Source of the DNA: Hyalangium minutum
GTDB lineage: Bacteria > Myxococcota > Myxococcia > Myxococcales > Myxococcaceae
Assembly (NCBI RefSeq): GCF_000737315.1
Contig: NZ_JMCB01000006.1
Coordinates: 144,001-206,000 of the forward strand
Length of the DNA: 62,000 nucleotides
Direction: 5' to 3'
Both the position numbers and the translations under genes were made by a program. Positions within the stretch are counted from its first letter, which is position 1, and each line of letters starts with the position of its first letter. Below are positions 38,548 through 48,455 of this stretch, one piece after another. The notes beneath the pieces are model-generated. The model was not told the DNA's origin. It worked only from the letters and a program-made list of their open reading frames with translations, and made no database searches.

Positions 38548-39972
38548 TCAGCGCACGGCCAGGGTCCGGCTGCGCCAGTCGGCGGTGCTCCAGCGCTGGA
38601 AGGTGCCCGAGTCTTGGGGGCGCCCGGCGGTCTTCTCGGGCATGAGCGTCTCGCGCTTGAGCACCTGGAAGGAGGACTGGATCTTCCCCTCCACGAGCAC
38701 CTCGCGCGCCACCAGCACCCGCGAGCCATCCGGGGTGAAGCCCGCCAGCTCCACGTAGCCCACGCCCGGCTCCGTCGTCGCGGGCGAGAGCGCGTCCAGC
38801 AGCCACCCGTCGCCTTCCTGGTGGAAGACCCACAGCTCCGTCCACCCTTCCAGGAGCTGCACCGCAACGGTGACAACTGTGCCCTGCGGCGACTGGCGGA
38901 GGGAGCCCGGCCACACCAGCCCATAGGTGCAGCGCTCCGCCAGAGGAGAAGCGGGGGCCTTCGGGTTGGCCGAGGCCTTCGTCGGATCCATCAGGCGCAG
39001 GCAGGTCTCCCCGGGCCGTCCCTGGGTCAGCTCGAGCCGAGGGCCTGCGCCGGGCTTCTCCGGAACCGGCACTGACGCCCAGCGCGAGGCCGCCACCCGG
39101 ACTGCCGCTACCGCGTAGGCGGAGCGATCCTCGTCCGCCAGCTCTGACTTCAGCACCCGCGCCAGCTCCTCCACAGAGCGCTCGCTCGCCTTCGCTCCCC
39201 GCACGGCCTCGCCCCGGCGGGTCCATTGGTAGGCCAGCGAGGCGTACACTTCGGCGCGCCGCAGATGGAGGCGATTGGCCTGCCACGCGGGGAGCTGAGC
39301 GGAGTCCACCTGTTCCAGGACGCCACTGCGCCACTCGTCGACGGCCTGGCGCTCCACCTGGCTCAAGGCGGGGTCCATGCACTCGGGCCGCGTCAGTGCG
39401 AGCGCCGCCCGGAGCCGCGCCTCGGGACTGCCGCCCATCCCGAGCACCCGGCGGAAGGCCTCGCCGTCGTAGCAGATGCGGGTTCGGCCTTCCTGCTCGA
39501 TGCTGAGGAGCTTCACGCCATAGCTGGCGGCCACGTCCAGGTGCGCGGCCAGGGTCTCGTCATTGGACTTCTTGGAGGAGGCCCGCCGGGCCAACCGGTC
39601 CGCCAGGGTGCCCATGGCATCGAAGAGCTCCGGGCCCACCTGCGAGGGGTTGGCCGCGCGCAGCAGCGCCGCCGTGTAGCCGATTCCCAGCGCCTCGGCG
39701 CCCGAGGTGTCCCGGAGGAACTCCACCACCGCCTGGAGCCGGGGCACGCTGGCCTCGTCCAGGGTGTAGACGCGGACCTGCTGCTGACGGATGTAGCCGG
39801 GGCGCTCCCGGCGGTGGTCATAGACCTGGAGGAAGCCCTGGCGCTCCCCTCGGACTTCGAGCCACTCGCCCTGCCAGAGCGTGGCCTGGCGGGTGGCGGA
39901 GTCCTGCGGGGCGGCGCGCAGGGGCGTCTGGTCCTGCACCACCAGCGCGAGCGTGAGAATCGTGGCGAGCAT
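38548..39972 (-). CDS. Exported hypothetical protein with N-terminal SH3b-like domain
   Basis: Hydrophobic leader, TPLRAAP...LWQGEWLEVRGER...RPGYI SH3-like pattern, helical middle region. Confidence 0.6.
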   Translation of the reverse strand: MLATILTLALVVQDQTPLRAAPQDSATRQATLWQGEWLEVRGERQGFLQVYDHRRERPGYIRQQQVRVYTLDEASVPRLQAVVEFLRDTSGAEALGIGYTAALLRAANPSQVGPELFDAMGTLADRLARRASSKKSNDETLAAHLDVAASYGVKLLSIEQEGRTRICYDGEAFRRVLGMGGSPEARLRAALALTRPECMDPALSQVERQAVDEWRSGVLEQVDSAQLPAWQANRLHLRRAEVYASLAYQWTRRGEAVRGAKASERSVEELARVLKSELADEDRSAYAVAAVRVAASRWASVPVPEKPGAGPRLELTQGRPGETCLRLMDPTKASANPKAPASPLAERCTYGLVWPGSLRQSPQGTVVTVAVQLLEGWTELWVFHQEGDGWLLDALSPATTEPGVGYVELAGFTPDGSRVLVAREVLVEGKIQSSFQVLKRETLMPEKTAGRPQDSGTFQRWSTADWRSRTLAVR

Positions 39973-39987
39973 GGCGGGGCGCTCCTG

Positions 39988-41301
39988 TCAGTACTCGCTC
40001 TGGGAGTTCTCGGAGCCGGACTCGGACTCTGACGGGCCTCCCGAGTGCGACGCCGACGCGGCGGGGGCGTTCGCGTACGAGGGCGCGGGGGGTTGCTGGC
40101 CGAGGAGGCCGCTGGCGAAGAACCCTCCCACCTGAGGCGGGGCGATGATGACCTGGATCTTGTCGGACAGCTTGTCAGCGAGGGTCTTCTGGATGAGGAG
40201 GGGGTTCTTGCTGATGAGGCTGGCGTCGCGGGCGAGCTGCTCGGAGGCGGCCTTGCCCGTCACCTCGACGCGGTAGGCATCGGACTCGGCGAGCTTGCGG
40301 CGGGCGTCGGCTTCTCCTGCGGCCTCGATGCGGCGAGCCTCGGCCTCGGCGCTGGCTTGGGTGAGGCGGCTGACCTTGGAGGCCTCGGCCTCCAGGCGGC
40401 GCTGTTCGATCTCCTTCTCCTTGAAGGGGAGGACGTGGCGCATGGCCTCGGCCTTGGCCTTGGCGGCGATGATCTCCTCGCTGGCGGCGGCCTCGGCGGC
40501 CTTCTCTCGGCGGACCTTCTCAGCCTCGGCGCTGAGGGCCGACTCCTTGATTTGCTTCTCCTTGAGCTCCAGCGTGTAGCGCATCTTCTCGGCGCTCAGC
40601 TCCTCGGCGAGCAGTGACTCCAGGCCCTGGCGGTACCGCTGGGGCAGGTCGACGTTGCCCAGGGTGATCGAGCGCAGGAGGACGCCATCGGCGGCCAGCA
40701 GGGGGCCAATCTCATCGGTGAGGGCCTTTTGGATCTCCCTGCGCTGGGTGGAGAAGATCTCCCGAACTGTGTGCTGGGCGAAGTGGCGGCGGAGCACGCC
40801 GTCGATGACGGGCTCGACGATCTCCCGGCCCACATCCTCCGGCATGGAGGCGGCCAGGGAGGCAACGCGAGACGGCTCGAGCGCGTAGCGGATGGTCACT
40901 TCGATGCCGATGGACAGGCCCTCCGCGGACTGGAAGGGGGCGGCGCCCTCGGCCTGGGTGCTGCGGCTGGGCTGGAAGACCTGGTCCTTCAAGCTATAGA
41001 GGTGGAGCCGGTGGACGTGGGGCACGAGCAGGGCCCAGCCCTCGCGCAGCTCCTGGCTGTTGCCGGTGAGCAGGTTCATCCGGATGCCCACCTGACCGGG
41101 CTCGATGAGGGTGACGGGGCGGGTGGAGACGGCCATGGCCACGAGGCCGGTCACCGTCAGCCCGGTGGCGATGCGGCGGCCGCGCGAGGTGAAGATGAGC
41201 CAGCGGACCTGACTGACTCCTGCGCCCGCGACGGCGCGGACTCCGAAGACGCTCTGCTTGATGACTGCACTCAGCTTCTCTTTGACGTTCTGCCAGTTCA
41301 T
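39988..41301 (-). CDS. SPFH/Band 7 (prohibitin/flotillin-like) protein
   Basis: TM anchor, IEPGQVGIR...LREGW, SAEGLSIGIEVTIRY, LLRSITLGNVDLP, EA-rich coiled coil. Confidence 0.88.
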   Translation of the reverse strand: MNWQNVKEKLSAVIKQSVFGVRAVAGAGVSQVRWLIFTSRGRRIATGLTVTGLVAMAVSTRPVTLIEPGQVGIRMNLLTGNSQELREGWALLVPHVHRLHLYSLKDQVFQPSRSTQAEGAAPFQSAEGLSIGIEVTIRYALEPSRVASLAASMPEDVGREIVEPVIDGVLRRHFAQHTVREIFSTQRREIQKALTDEIGPLLAADGVLLRSITLGNVDLPQRYRQGLESLLAEELSAEKMRYTLELKEKQIKESALSAEAEKVRREKAAEAAASEEIIAAKAKAEAMRHVLPFKEKEIEQRRLEAEASKVSRLTQASAEAEARRIEAAGEADARRKLAESDAYRVEVTGKAASEQLARDASLISKNPLLIQKTLADKLSDKIQVIIAPPQVGGFFASGLLGQQPPAPSYANAPAASASHSGGPSESESGSENSQSEY

Positions 41302-41619
41302 TGGTGGTTGCCCTCTCCCGCGAGGGAAGGGCAATGCATGAGAGATACCCACCGCGTGGGCGGAGCGTGCCGGACGTGGGCGCTCGGAGCGCGTGAGGCG
41401 CGTGGCTGCGTGGACTCAAGCACTGTGGCTGGCGTGGCTCAGTGCCGCGCGCGGGTGCGTCCGGCAGACCGCGCTTCCAGCGCGGAGGGGGCTCACGCCA
41501 TGTCAAAAAATGCGAGTGAACTGGCGTGTGCTCTTGGCGGTCCTGGGTGGGCTCCTCCTGTCCGCGCACCCAGCAGCAACCCTGGATGTGCCAGACCGAC
41601 CTGTAAGCTCTAACCCGCC

Positions 41620-44600
41620 TCAGCCCTTCTTCCCGTCATCGCCCCCGCCCGGGGCAGCGGCGCGCACCACCGTCTCCGCGTTGAAGTCCTCGGGCTTCAC
41701 CGCTCGGAGGCCCGACGAGGACAGCCGCGAGCTCGCCTTGCGCCAGTACTCGCGCGGCGGCAGCCGCTCCACCTTGGGGCTTGGCCGCGGCCAGAAGTCA
41801 CACTCGGTCAGCCCCAGCCGCTTCACCAGCACCTGCCGCTCCTCGTAGATCCGCGCCGCCCCCGCCACATCCCCCAGTTCCTCCAGCGCCTCCGCGTACC
41901 GCTGCAGCGAGGGAATCGAGTTGCTCAGGTTCTCCACCGCCCGCAGCCGCATCAGCGCCTCATCCCCCTTCGCCCACACCTCCTCTATAGGACCTCCAGC
42001 GAGCGCCTGCAGGTGCGCCAGTCCGATGAGGGACAGCGGCCCGGCCTGCTCATCCGTCGCCCCGGCGCTCGCCAGCTCCAGCCCCTTCTCGTACGCGGCC
42101 TTCGCCTCGATGTGCCGGCCCGCCACGAACTCCACATCCCCCAGGTACGCGTAGGACAGACACAGCCCATGGGTGGTGCCCTGCTGCCGCGCCAGCCCCA
42201 GCGCATGCACCAGCAGGTGCCGCGCCCGATCCAGCTGCCCCACATGGAACTGGTGCCGCCCCGCGTAGGCCGTGCCCATGCACAGGTACAGCCCCGTAAT
42301 ATGGTGGGCCTCGGTGAAGGCGAGCAGCTCCGCGCTGCGCTGCACCCCCTCGTCCCAGCGGAACTCCGCCTCTGCGATGGCCGCGTAACAGAAGGTGGAA
42401 GCCGCCATCCGCACCGGGTTGCCCAGCCTCAAGGCAATGCGCGCCGCCGACGCCGCGTACTCCCGGGCCCGCTTGAACTCGCCGCCATATGCCAGCCCCA
42501 ACGCGAGCATCCCCTCGGCGTGCGTCTGCTCCACATACTCCCCCGCCTCCGCCGACTGCTGCGCCACCTCCGTGAGCATGGAGATGGAGGGCCCGAACCG
42601 CCCCCACCCCGACAGCGCTCTCCCCATGATGCTCAACGGAGCATGGAGGTAGGAGCGCAGGTTCGGCTCCATGGCCGCCTCCAAGCACAGCTCGCTGTAC
42701 TCCAGCGCCTTCGGGAAGTTGCCCTGCGCGTAGTACGCGCCCGCCCACGAGCTGTTGAGCGCCGCCTGCTGCTCCATCGTGGGGTCCTGCAGCAGCGCCT
42801 GCCCCTGCTCCAGGTACCGGAGCATCTCCACCGCACTGCCCAGCAAGCACCCGATGCGCACCAGCCAATACAAGGAGCGCACCAGCACCTCATCCCGCTC
42901 GGCCGAGGGAGGCTGAGCACTGGCCACGGTGAACGCCTTGCGCAGGTGCTGGTTGGCGCCGATGGGGTCCAACAACCGGTCCGCCTCCAGCCCTGCCTCC
43001 AGGTACGCACTGGCCGCCCGCACCGGCTGGCCCGCCTTCTCCCAGTGGTAGCCCTGCGTCCCCGGCGGGGCCTTGCGCTGCTGCAGCCGCTCGCCGATGC
43101 GCCGGTGGATGTCCTGCACGTTCTCCAGCCGCCCATCCGCCGCCAGCCGCTCGCGCAGCGTGTCATGCGCGAAGGTGCACCGGTCCCCCGCCACCACCAG
43201 CAGCCGCGCCTCCTCCGCCTCGGTGATGGCGGTGTGCACCTCTAGAGGAGAGAACAGCCCCAGCGCCTCCAGGTCCGACAGCCGGAACCGCCGGTCGAAG
43301 AGCGCGGCCACCCGCAGGACCTTCAGCACCCGCTCGTCCAGCCGCTCCAGCGCGCGCCCCACCACCGTGGAGACGGAGTCCGGAGGCCGGTACTCCCCAC
43401 TCAACCGGTCTGACAACCGGACACGCCCATCCGCCTCCCGGCTGAGGTAGTTCCCCAGCTGCAAGTCTCGAATGATCTGCGCGGCGACCAGCGGGTTGCC
43501 ACTGGCCAGGAACGGCACGGCCTGGACCAGGGCCTTCACCACGGCCGGGCTGGCGCCCCCCGCAAGCTGCGCCAGGAGCTGGCCGTTCTCCAGAGAGCTG
43601 AGCGCATCCAGGGTGAGCATCTCCAGCTCGCCGGTCTGCGCCAGGCGCGGCGGCGGCCGGGTGGTCGCCAGCAGCAGCACACCGGGAGGAGGGGCGGCGC
43701 TGATCCGCGAGAGCACGGCCAGGGTGCCCTCGTCCGCCGAGTGCACATCCTCCAGCACCAGCACCATCGGCCGCGCGGTACCAACGGCGGTGAGCAGGTG
43801 CATCAGCGCCTTGCCCACCCGCTCCGGCCCGAGCCCCTGGACGAGCACGCCCTCGGTGTCGCGCTCGGCGCCCTCCGGCAGCAGGCGGCTCAGCTCCGGC
43901 ACCAGCCGCCGCAGCTCCTGGGCCTCGCCCGCGAGCGCCTGCCCCGCCAGATGGCGCACCCGGTGCCCAGGCTCGCTGCGGATGCCCAGCAGCACCTCCA
44001 CCAGCTGCCCCAGCGCCTCGCGCAGCGGAGAGCACGGCACCAGCTCGCCCAGCTGCCGGCAGCGGCCGTACGTCACCAGCACCCGGGCGCTCACCTCGGG
44101 CGAGAGCAGCACCTCGGAGATGAGGCGGCTCTTCCCAATGCCGGCCTCGCCCACCACCATGAGCGCGCGGCCCTGGCGATCTCCCACCGAGTCCACCGCC
44201 TCGCGCAGCAGGGCCACCTCGCGAGCGCGGCCGACGAACGGCGCATTGTCCGAGGAGACCATCTCCGGAGGCAGGGGAGGCGGCGCCCAGTCGCTGGTGT
44301 TGCCGTGGAGCAGCTCGAAGTAGAGCCCCTTCAGGCGGCTGGCCAGCTGGCTCGCGCCGCCAAACCGGTGCGCCACGTCCGGCGCCAGCAGGGAGCGCAC
44401 CAGCGCCGCCACCGGGGGAGGCACCAAGGGCGCCACCTGCTCCAGCGGCGTCATCTTCCCCGCCCGCTTGAGCGAGCCCAGCGCCGCGTACGAGGCGTTG
44501 GTGGGGAACGGCAGGATGCACGCGAGCATCTCGTACAGCAGCGTCCCCAGGGAGAAGAGGTCCGCCTTCTCGGAGAACTCGCCCGTGCCGAAGAAGCACT

Positions 44601-45195
44601 CGGGGGCCATGTAGGCCAGCGTCCCGGCCATGGGCCCCCCCTCGTGCGTCCGGAAGCCGCCGGACAGCCGGGCCAGGCCGAAGTCCAGCACCTTCACCTT
44701 CGGCTCCACGGGGTCCGTAATAATGATGTTGGCCGGCTTGAGGTCCAGGTGGAGGACCTTGGAGTCGTGGCAGTAGGCCAGCGCCTCGGCGATGCGGCGC
44801 GTCAGTTGCAGGGCCTCCAGCACTTCCAGCGAGCCGCGCTCCTGAAGGTAGTTCCCCAGCACCACCCCGTGCACCAGCTCCATCACCAGATAGAGCCGCC
44901 CATCCTCCAGGAAGCCGTAGCCGAGCACCTCCACCAGCGCGGGGTGCCGCAGCCGCGCCAGCGCCTCAATCTCGTTCTGCTGCCAGACGAGCTGCTGCGC
45001 GGTGATGTTGCGGGCGGAGTGCTTGCTGACCTTGATGGCGACCTGCCGCTGCTCCGGGCCGCGCGCGCGGTACACCACGCCGAAGCCGCCCGAGCTGAGC
45101 ACGTCCTCGATGACATACGCCCCCACCGGCGTCCCCGGTTCGAGCGTACGGGGGACACCCTTCACATCGGATTTCTCCGGCGAAGGCAGTGCCAT
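41620..45195 (-). CDS. Ser/Thr kinase - STAND-type AAA ATPase - TPR protein
   Basis: VAIK, HLDLKPAN, DFG, YMAPE; FVGRARE, GEAGIGKS Walker A, LVLEDVH Walker B; C-terminal TPR-like helices. Confidence 0.92.
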   Translation of the reverse strand: MALPSPEKSDVKGVPRTLEPGTPVGAYVIEDVLSSGGFGVVYRARGPEQRQVAIKVSKHSARNITAQQLVWQQNEIEALARLRHPALVEVLGYGFLEDGRLYLVMELVHGVVLGNYLQERGSLEVLEALQLTRRIAEALAYCHDSKVLHLDLKPANIIITDPVEPKVKVLDFGLARLSGGFRTHEGGPMAGTLAYMAPECFFGTGEFSEKADLFSLGTLLYEMLACILPFPTNASYAALGSLKRAGKMTPLEQVAPLVPPPVAALVRSLLAPDVAHRFGGASQLASRLKGLYFELLHGNTSDWAPPPLPPEMVSSDNAPFVGRAREVALLREAVDSVGDRQGRALMVVGEAGIGKSRLISEVLLSPEVSARVLVTYGRCRQLGELVPCSPLREALGQLVEVLLGIRSEPGHRVRHLAGQALAGEAQELRRLVPELSRLLPEGAERDTEGVLVQGLGPERVGKALMHLLTAVGTARPMVLVLEDVHSADEGTLAVLSRISAAPPPGVLLLATTRPPPRLAQTGELEMLTLDALSSLENGQLLAQLAGGASPAVVKALVQAVPFLASGNPLVAAQIIRDLQLGNYLSREADGRVRLSDRLSGEYRPPDSVSTVVGRALERLDERVLKVLRVAALFDRRFRLSDLEALGLFSPLEVHTAITEAEEARLLVVAGDRCTFAHDTLRERLAADGRLENVQDIHRRIGERLQQRKAPPGTQGYHWEKAGQPVRAASAYLEAGLEADRLLDPIGANQHLRKAFTVASAQPPSAERDEVLVRSLYWLVRIGCLLGSAVEMLRYLEQGQALLQDPTMEQQAALNSSWAGAYYAQGNFPKALEYSELCLEAAMEPNLRSYLHAPLSIMGRALSGWGRFGPSISMLTEVAQQSAEAGEYVEQTHAEGMLALGLAYGGEFKRAREYAASAARIALRLGNPVRMAASTFCYAAIAEAEFRWDEGVQRSAELLAFTEAHHITGLYLCMGTAYAGRHQFHVGQLDRARHLLVHALGLARQQGTTHGLCLSYAYLGDVEFVAGRHIEAKAAYEKGLELASAGATDEQAGPLSLIGLAHLQALAGGPIEEVWAKGDEALMRLRAVENLSNSIPSLQRYAEALEELGDVAGAARIYEERQVLVKRLGLTECDFWPRPSPKVERLPPREYWRKASSRLSSSGLRAVKPEDFNAETVVRAAAPGGGDDGKKG

Positions 45196-45424
45196 GATCC
45201 TGGAAAATGCCGATCATGCCACCGCGGGGCGGATGAAGCGAATACGTCACCCGGCGGAGGCACTGTGGGGGCATGCATGACCCAACCCGTCACGTCCTCG
45301 CCCGGAGAGAGACCCTCTCGGCCGGATGAACCGTTGGGTGGCCAACGGGGCGAGCCTCTCCAGTCCCCTGGAGGAGCGCCCCCTGCCTCATCTGGCACGG
45401 CTGCTCGCCGGTCGGGAGACCCGC

Positions 45425-46537
45425 TCAGTGCGCGGCGGCCAGGGACGGGATGCCCGCCAGCGCCGGAGGCCGTACGAAGTGGCCATACCTGCGGCTCGCG
45501 GCGTACCAGGCCACGTGTCCGTTCACGTTGTAGAGCAGCGTGTCGACGAACCCGAGCATGTGGCGGTCCTCCGGGAAGGACTCCCGGAGCTTGAGCGCGA
45601 TATAGGTGATGTCCGCGGCCAGGGAGTTGAGCCGGTCGAGCAGCGACTTGAAGCGGCGCAGCAAGGCCTCGCGGTCCTGCCCCCGGTCGAGCAGCAGCAC
45701 GTTGTCCAGCTCGCCGCACGCCAGCTCCTTGGCCAGCGAGAACACATCATTGACGAGGATGATGTGCCGGCAGGTGTTGGTGAGCAGCAGCTTCACGGGG
45801 TGCATCTCGCGGTGCTCGCGGCTCAGGCGGATGCGCTGGATGGCGAGGAACGCCTCGACTGACTGCACATAGGTGATGGTCTGCTCCCGGTTGTGCATGT
45901 ACGTGGACACCGTGGGCATGTACCCGGTCTCCGTATGCGCGCCATGCTCCCAGGCCACCGCGTCGAAGTAGTTCGCCATGCTGGCGATGAACCAGGCCAG
46001 CGGCATGTCCGTCTCCAGGCCCAGCTCGCGGATGTCCCGCAGCGCCTCGCAGAACGACTCGAGCAGCGGGAACTCGGAGGCCGGAGGGCTCAGCGCGCTC
46101 GGCACCTCGCCGGTGAGCATGCTCATGAAGAGCCCGAACGTCTTCTGGAGCTGGCTGTAGGGCAGGTATTGCGCGCCCGCGCGCAGGTCAATCATGTTGT
46201 CCAGCGCGTCATCCAGCGTGAAGAAGAACGCCTGCAGGTAGATGAACCACTTGGTGCGGTGGACGGGCAGCTGCGGCAGCGTGCACGCCGCCAGCGCCGC
46301 CAGCTGCGTCTGGCCGAACTTGTGGAAGTACGGCTCGCCCTCTCGAATGAGTCCCTTCCGCAGCGCCCAGGTGATGCACTCCTGCTCCGCTCGGGCGACA
46401 TCCGCGGGCGAAGACACGGGGTGCGGCCACCCATGGCCGGGCGCATTCAAGAGGTGCAGGTGCCCCTCCAGGCGCACCTGCGCGACGTTTCCGAGGTCAA
46501 ACTCAACAGCCAGCGGGGAGTGCTTGTCGAGAGGCAT
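45425..46537 (-). CDS. Class I terpene synthase
   Basis: FFFTLDDALD (DDxxD), effector R in NREQT, NDVFSLAKE (NSE/DTE), WYAASRRY (WxxxxxRY). Confidence 0.9.
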   Translation of the reverse strand: MPLDKHSPLAVEFDLGNVAQVRLEGHLHLLNAPGHGWPHPVSSPADVARAEQECITWALRKGLIREGEPYFHKFGQTQLAALAACTLPQLPVHRTKWFIYLQAFFFTLDDALDNMIDLRAGAQYLPYSQLQKTFGLFMSMLTGEVPSALSPPASEFPLLESFCEALRDIRELGLETDMPLAWFIASMANYFDAVAWEHGAHTETGYMPTVSTYMHNREQTITYVQSVEAFLAIQRIRLSREHREMHPVKLLLTNTCRHIILVNDVFSLAKELACGELDNVLLLDRGQDREALLRRFKSLLDRLNSLAADITYIALKLRESFPEDRHMLGFVDTLLYNVNGHVAWYAASRRYGHFVRPPALAGIPSLAAAH

Positions 46538-46723
46538 GGCGGGGATCCTCCAACACAGACATCGTACGTCAGTGACACGGCAGGCTTCCCCTCGGAAACA
46601 CGCGAGACATGAATCACAGTCACCGTGAAAAAGGCCGTTCATCCTCTCTCTTTTCCAAGGGCGCGCGGTGTCCGTGATTACCCAGCGCGTGAACCCGGCC
46701 CTCCCGCCTAGCCTGTGCGGGAC

Positions 46724-47323
46724 ATGGATCCCACCCCGCTCGTCGTCGTCGCCGTCATCGCCATCCTCGGTGTCGCGATCTTCTCCATCGTCAACCAGGG
46801 CCAGAAGCGAAAGGCCCTCTGGGAGATGCTGGCCGGACAGCTCGGGCTGGAGCACCGCGGGAGCGTGCTGCTGGGCGAATACCAGGGCGTGCCAGTGCGC
46901 ATTGCCGTGGAGACGCGGCGCAACCCCCACGGCTATGACCAGCTCTGCGTGGTGCGAGCGGACATCCCGGGTGCACTGCCTGAGGGCTTCGTTGCCGCAC
47001 CGCGCCGTTGGACGTCGGGACTGGACCGGATGCTGGCCGACAACACCTTCCAGGCCTCGGACCCCGCGCTCCAGGAGTGCTACGTCTTCCAGAGCGACCA
47101 GCCCCAGCAAGGCCAGGCGCTCATCTATGAGCCCGAGGCGCAGAAGGCCCTGCTGGAGCTCTACAGCCCCAAGCGCGTGGGCTTCGTGGAGAAGAACCGG
47201 GTCCACGTCGCGTACACGGGGCTGGTGGAGGACGCCGAGGAGCTCCGCGCGGCCCTGCTGGACGTGACGCAGACAGCGCACACCCTGGCCCGGGCCCAGG
47301 CGCGCCTCGCGCAGGGCGCCTAG
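46724..47323 (+). CDS. Membrane-anchored hypothetical protein
   Basis: N-terminal TM (LVVVAVIAILGVAIF) followed by a soluble alpha/beta domain. Confidence 0.7.
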   Translation: MDPTPLVVVAVIAILGVAIFSIVNQGQKRKALWEMLAGQLGLEHRGSVLLGEYQGVPVRIAVETRRNPHGYDQLCVVRADIPGALPEGFVAAPRRWTSGLDRMLADNTFQASDPALQECYVFQSDQPQQGQALIYEPEAQKALLELYSPKRVGFVEKNRVHVAYTGLVEDAEELRAALLDVTQTAHTLARAQARLAQGA

Positions 47324-47332
47324 CCCCGGCGC

Positions 47333-47710
47333 TCAGCCCCGCCCGGGGCTCAGCAGCCGCTCCAGGCACGCCAGCAGCTCGTCCACGTGTGCGCCCTTGT
47401 GGAACACGGCATCCACCTGCACGGGCGGCGCGGCGCGGCCCTGGCCGGAGACGAGGACGATCTTCGCCGCGGGCACCCGGCGGCGCACCAACGGAATCAG
47501 CTCCCGCGCGTCCCCATCCCCGAGGCTCCAGTCCATCAGGACGGCGTCGTAGCGCGGCTGTCCCTCCAGGAGCTGGCCCGCCTGGGGCAGCGACTCCGCG
47601 ACGGCCACGGTGAAGCCCGCCTCCTCCAGCACTGCGGAGAGCGTCAGCCAGTTGGCTGGGTCGTCCTCCACCAGCAGCACGCTCCGGTGCGGTGTCCCCG
47701 AGTTCTCCAT
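47333..47710 (-). CDS. Single-domain response regulator
   Basis: VLLVEDD, VLMDWSL, LVSG, FHKG. Confidence 0.88.
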   Translation of the reverse strand: MENSGTPHRSVLLVEDDPANWLTLSAVLEEAGFTVAVAESLPQAGQLLEGQPRYDAVLMDWSLGDGDARELIPLVRRRVPAAKIVLVSGQGRAAPPVQVDAVFHKGAHVDELLACLERLLSPGRG

Positions 47711-47734
47711 CGGTGCCCCTCCCTCGGTGCCCGC

Positions 47735-48454
47735 TCAGGTACTGCGGGCGGCGCCGGCCTCGTCGGCGATGGGGAAGGAGACCTGGACCCGCGTGCCCAC
47801 CGGCTCGGCGGGCTTCAGCTCCACCCACGCGCGGCAGCGCAGCGCCAGCCGCTGGACGATGCACAGCCCCAGGCCCGCGTGCCCCGCCTTCGTCGTCATG
47901 AAGGGCTCGAACACCCGCGTCCGGAGCTCCTCGGGGACGCCCGATCCGGTGTCGCTCACCTCCAAGACAACGCGGCCCTCGTCCGTCCGCAGCGTGCGCA
48001 TCGAGAGCAGGCCTCCGCGCGGCATCGCCTCCACGGCGTTCTCCACCAGGCAGCGGATGAGCAGCGTGAGGCGCGCCGTGTCCGCCTGCACCAGGGCCCG
48101 CTCCTGCCAGGTGCTCTCCACCCGCACGAGGGAGGGCACCCCCGCACGCGCCAGCGCCTCTTGCGCCACGTCACACAGCCGCAGCCGGGTGCTGTCCTCG
48201 TCGGGCACCGGCAGGCCCCGTGTGGACAGCACCTCCTCGGCGGAGACCAGCTCGCGGTCAATGAGCTGGAAGAACGTCTCCATCCGCGGATCCGTCTTCC
48301 ACAGCTCCGTCTTCTGCGCCTGGCGCATCAGGTAATAGGAAGCGTTGCGGATGCTGGAGAAGCGGTTGCGCAGGTCATGCCGCAGCACGGCCGTGACCAC
48401 CTCGGCCACTGCCGCACGCTCGCGGGCCTCCAGCCCAGGGGTTTGCTCGTCCAT
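47735..48454 (-). CDS. Sensor-less cytoplasmic histidine kinase
   Basis: RHDLRN H-box about 25 aa from the start, ENAVEA, DTGSG, FEPFMTTK, GLGL. Confidence 0.88.
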   Translation of the reverse strand: MDEQTPGLEARERAAVAEVVTAVLRHDLRNRFSSIRNASYYLMRQAQKTELWKTDPRMETFFQLIDRELVSAEEVLSTRGLPVPDEDSTRLRLCDVAQEALARAGVPSLVRVESTWQERALVQADTARLTLLIRCLVENAVEAMPRGGLLSMRTLRTDEGRVVLEVSDTGSGVPEELRTRVFEPFMTTKAGHAGLGLCIVQRLALRCRAWVELKPAEPVGTRVQVSFPIADEAGAARST

Positions 48455-48455
48455 G

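Noticed and set aside
41393-41848. ORF with a signal-peptide-like stretch MRVNWRVLLAVLGGLLLSAHPAA
   Set aside because: About half of it overlaps the kinase 3' end in antisense, there is no clear RBS and the remainder is low complexity. It cannot be supported without expression data.
41620-45195. Avs-type antiphage STAND system
   Set aside because: There is no nuclease, SIR2, TIR or protease effector and no defence-island context. Kinase-AAA-TPR proteins are common myxobacterial signalling proteins.
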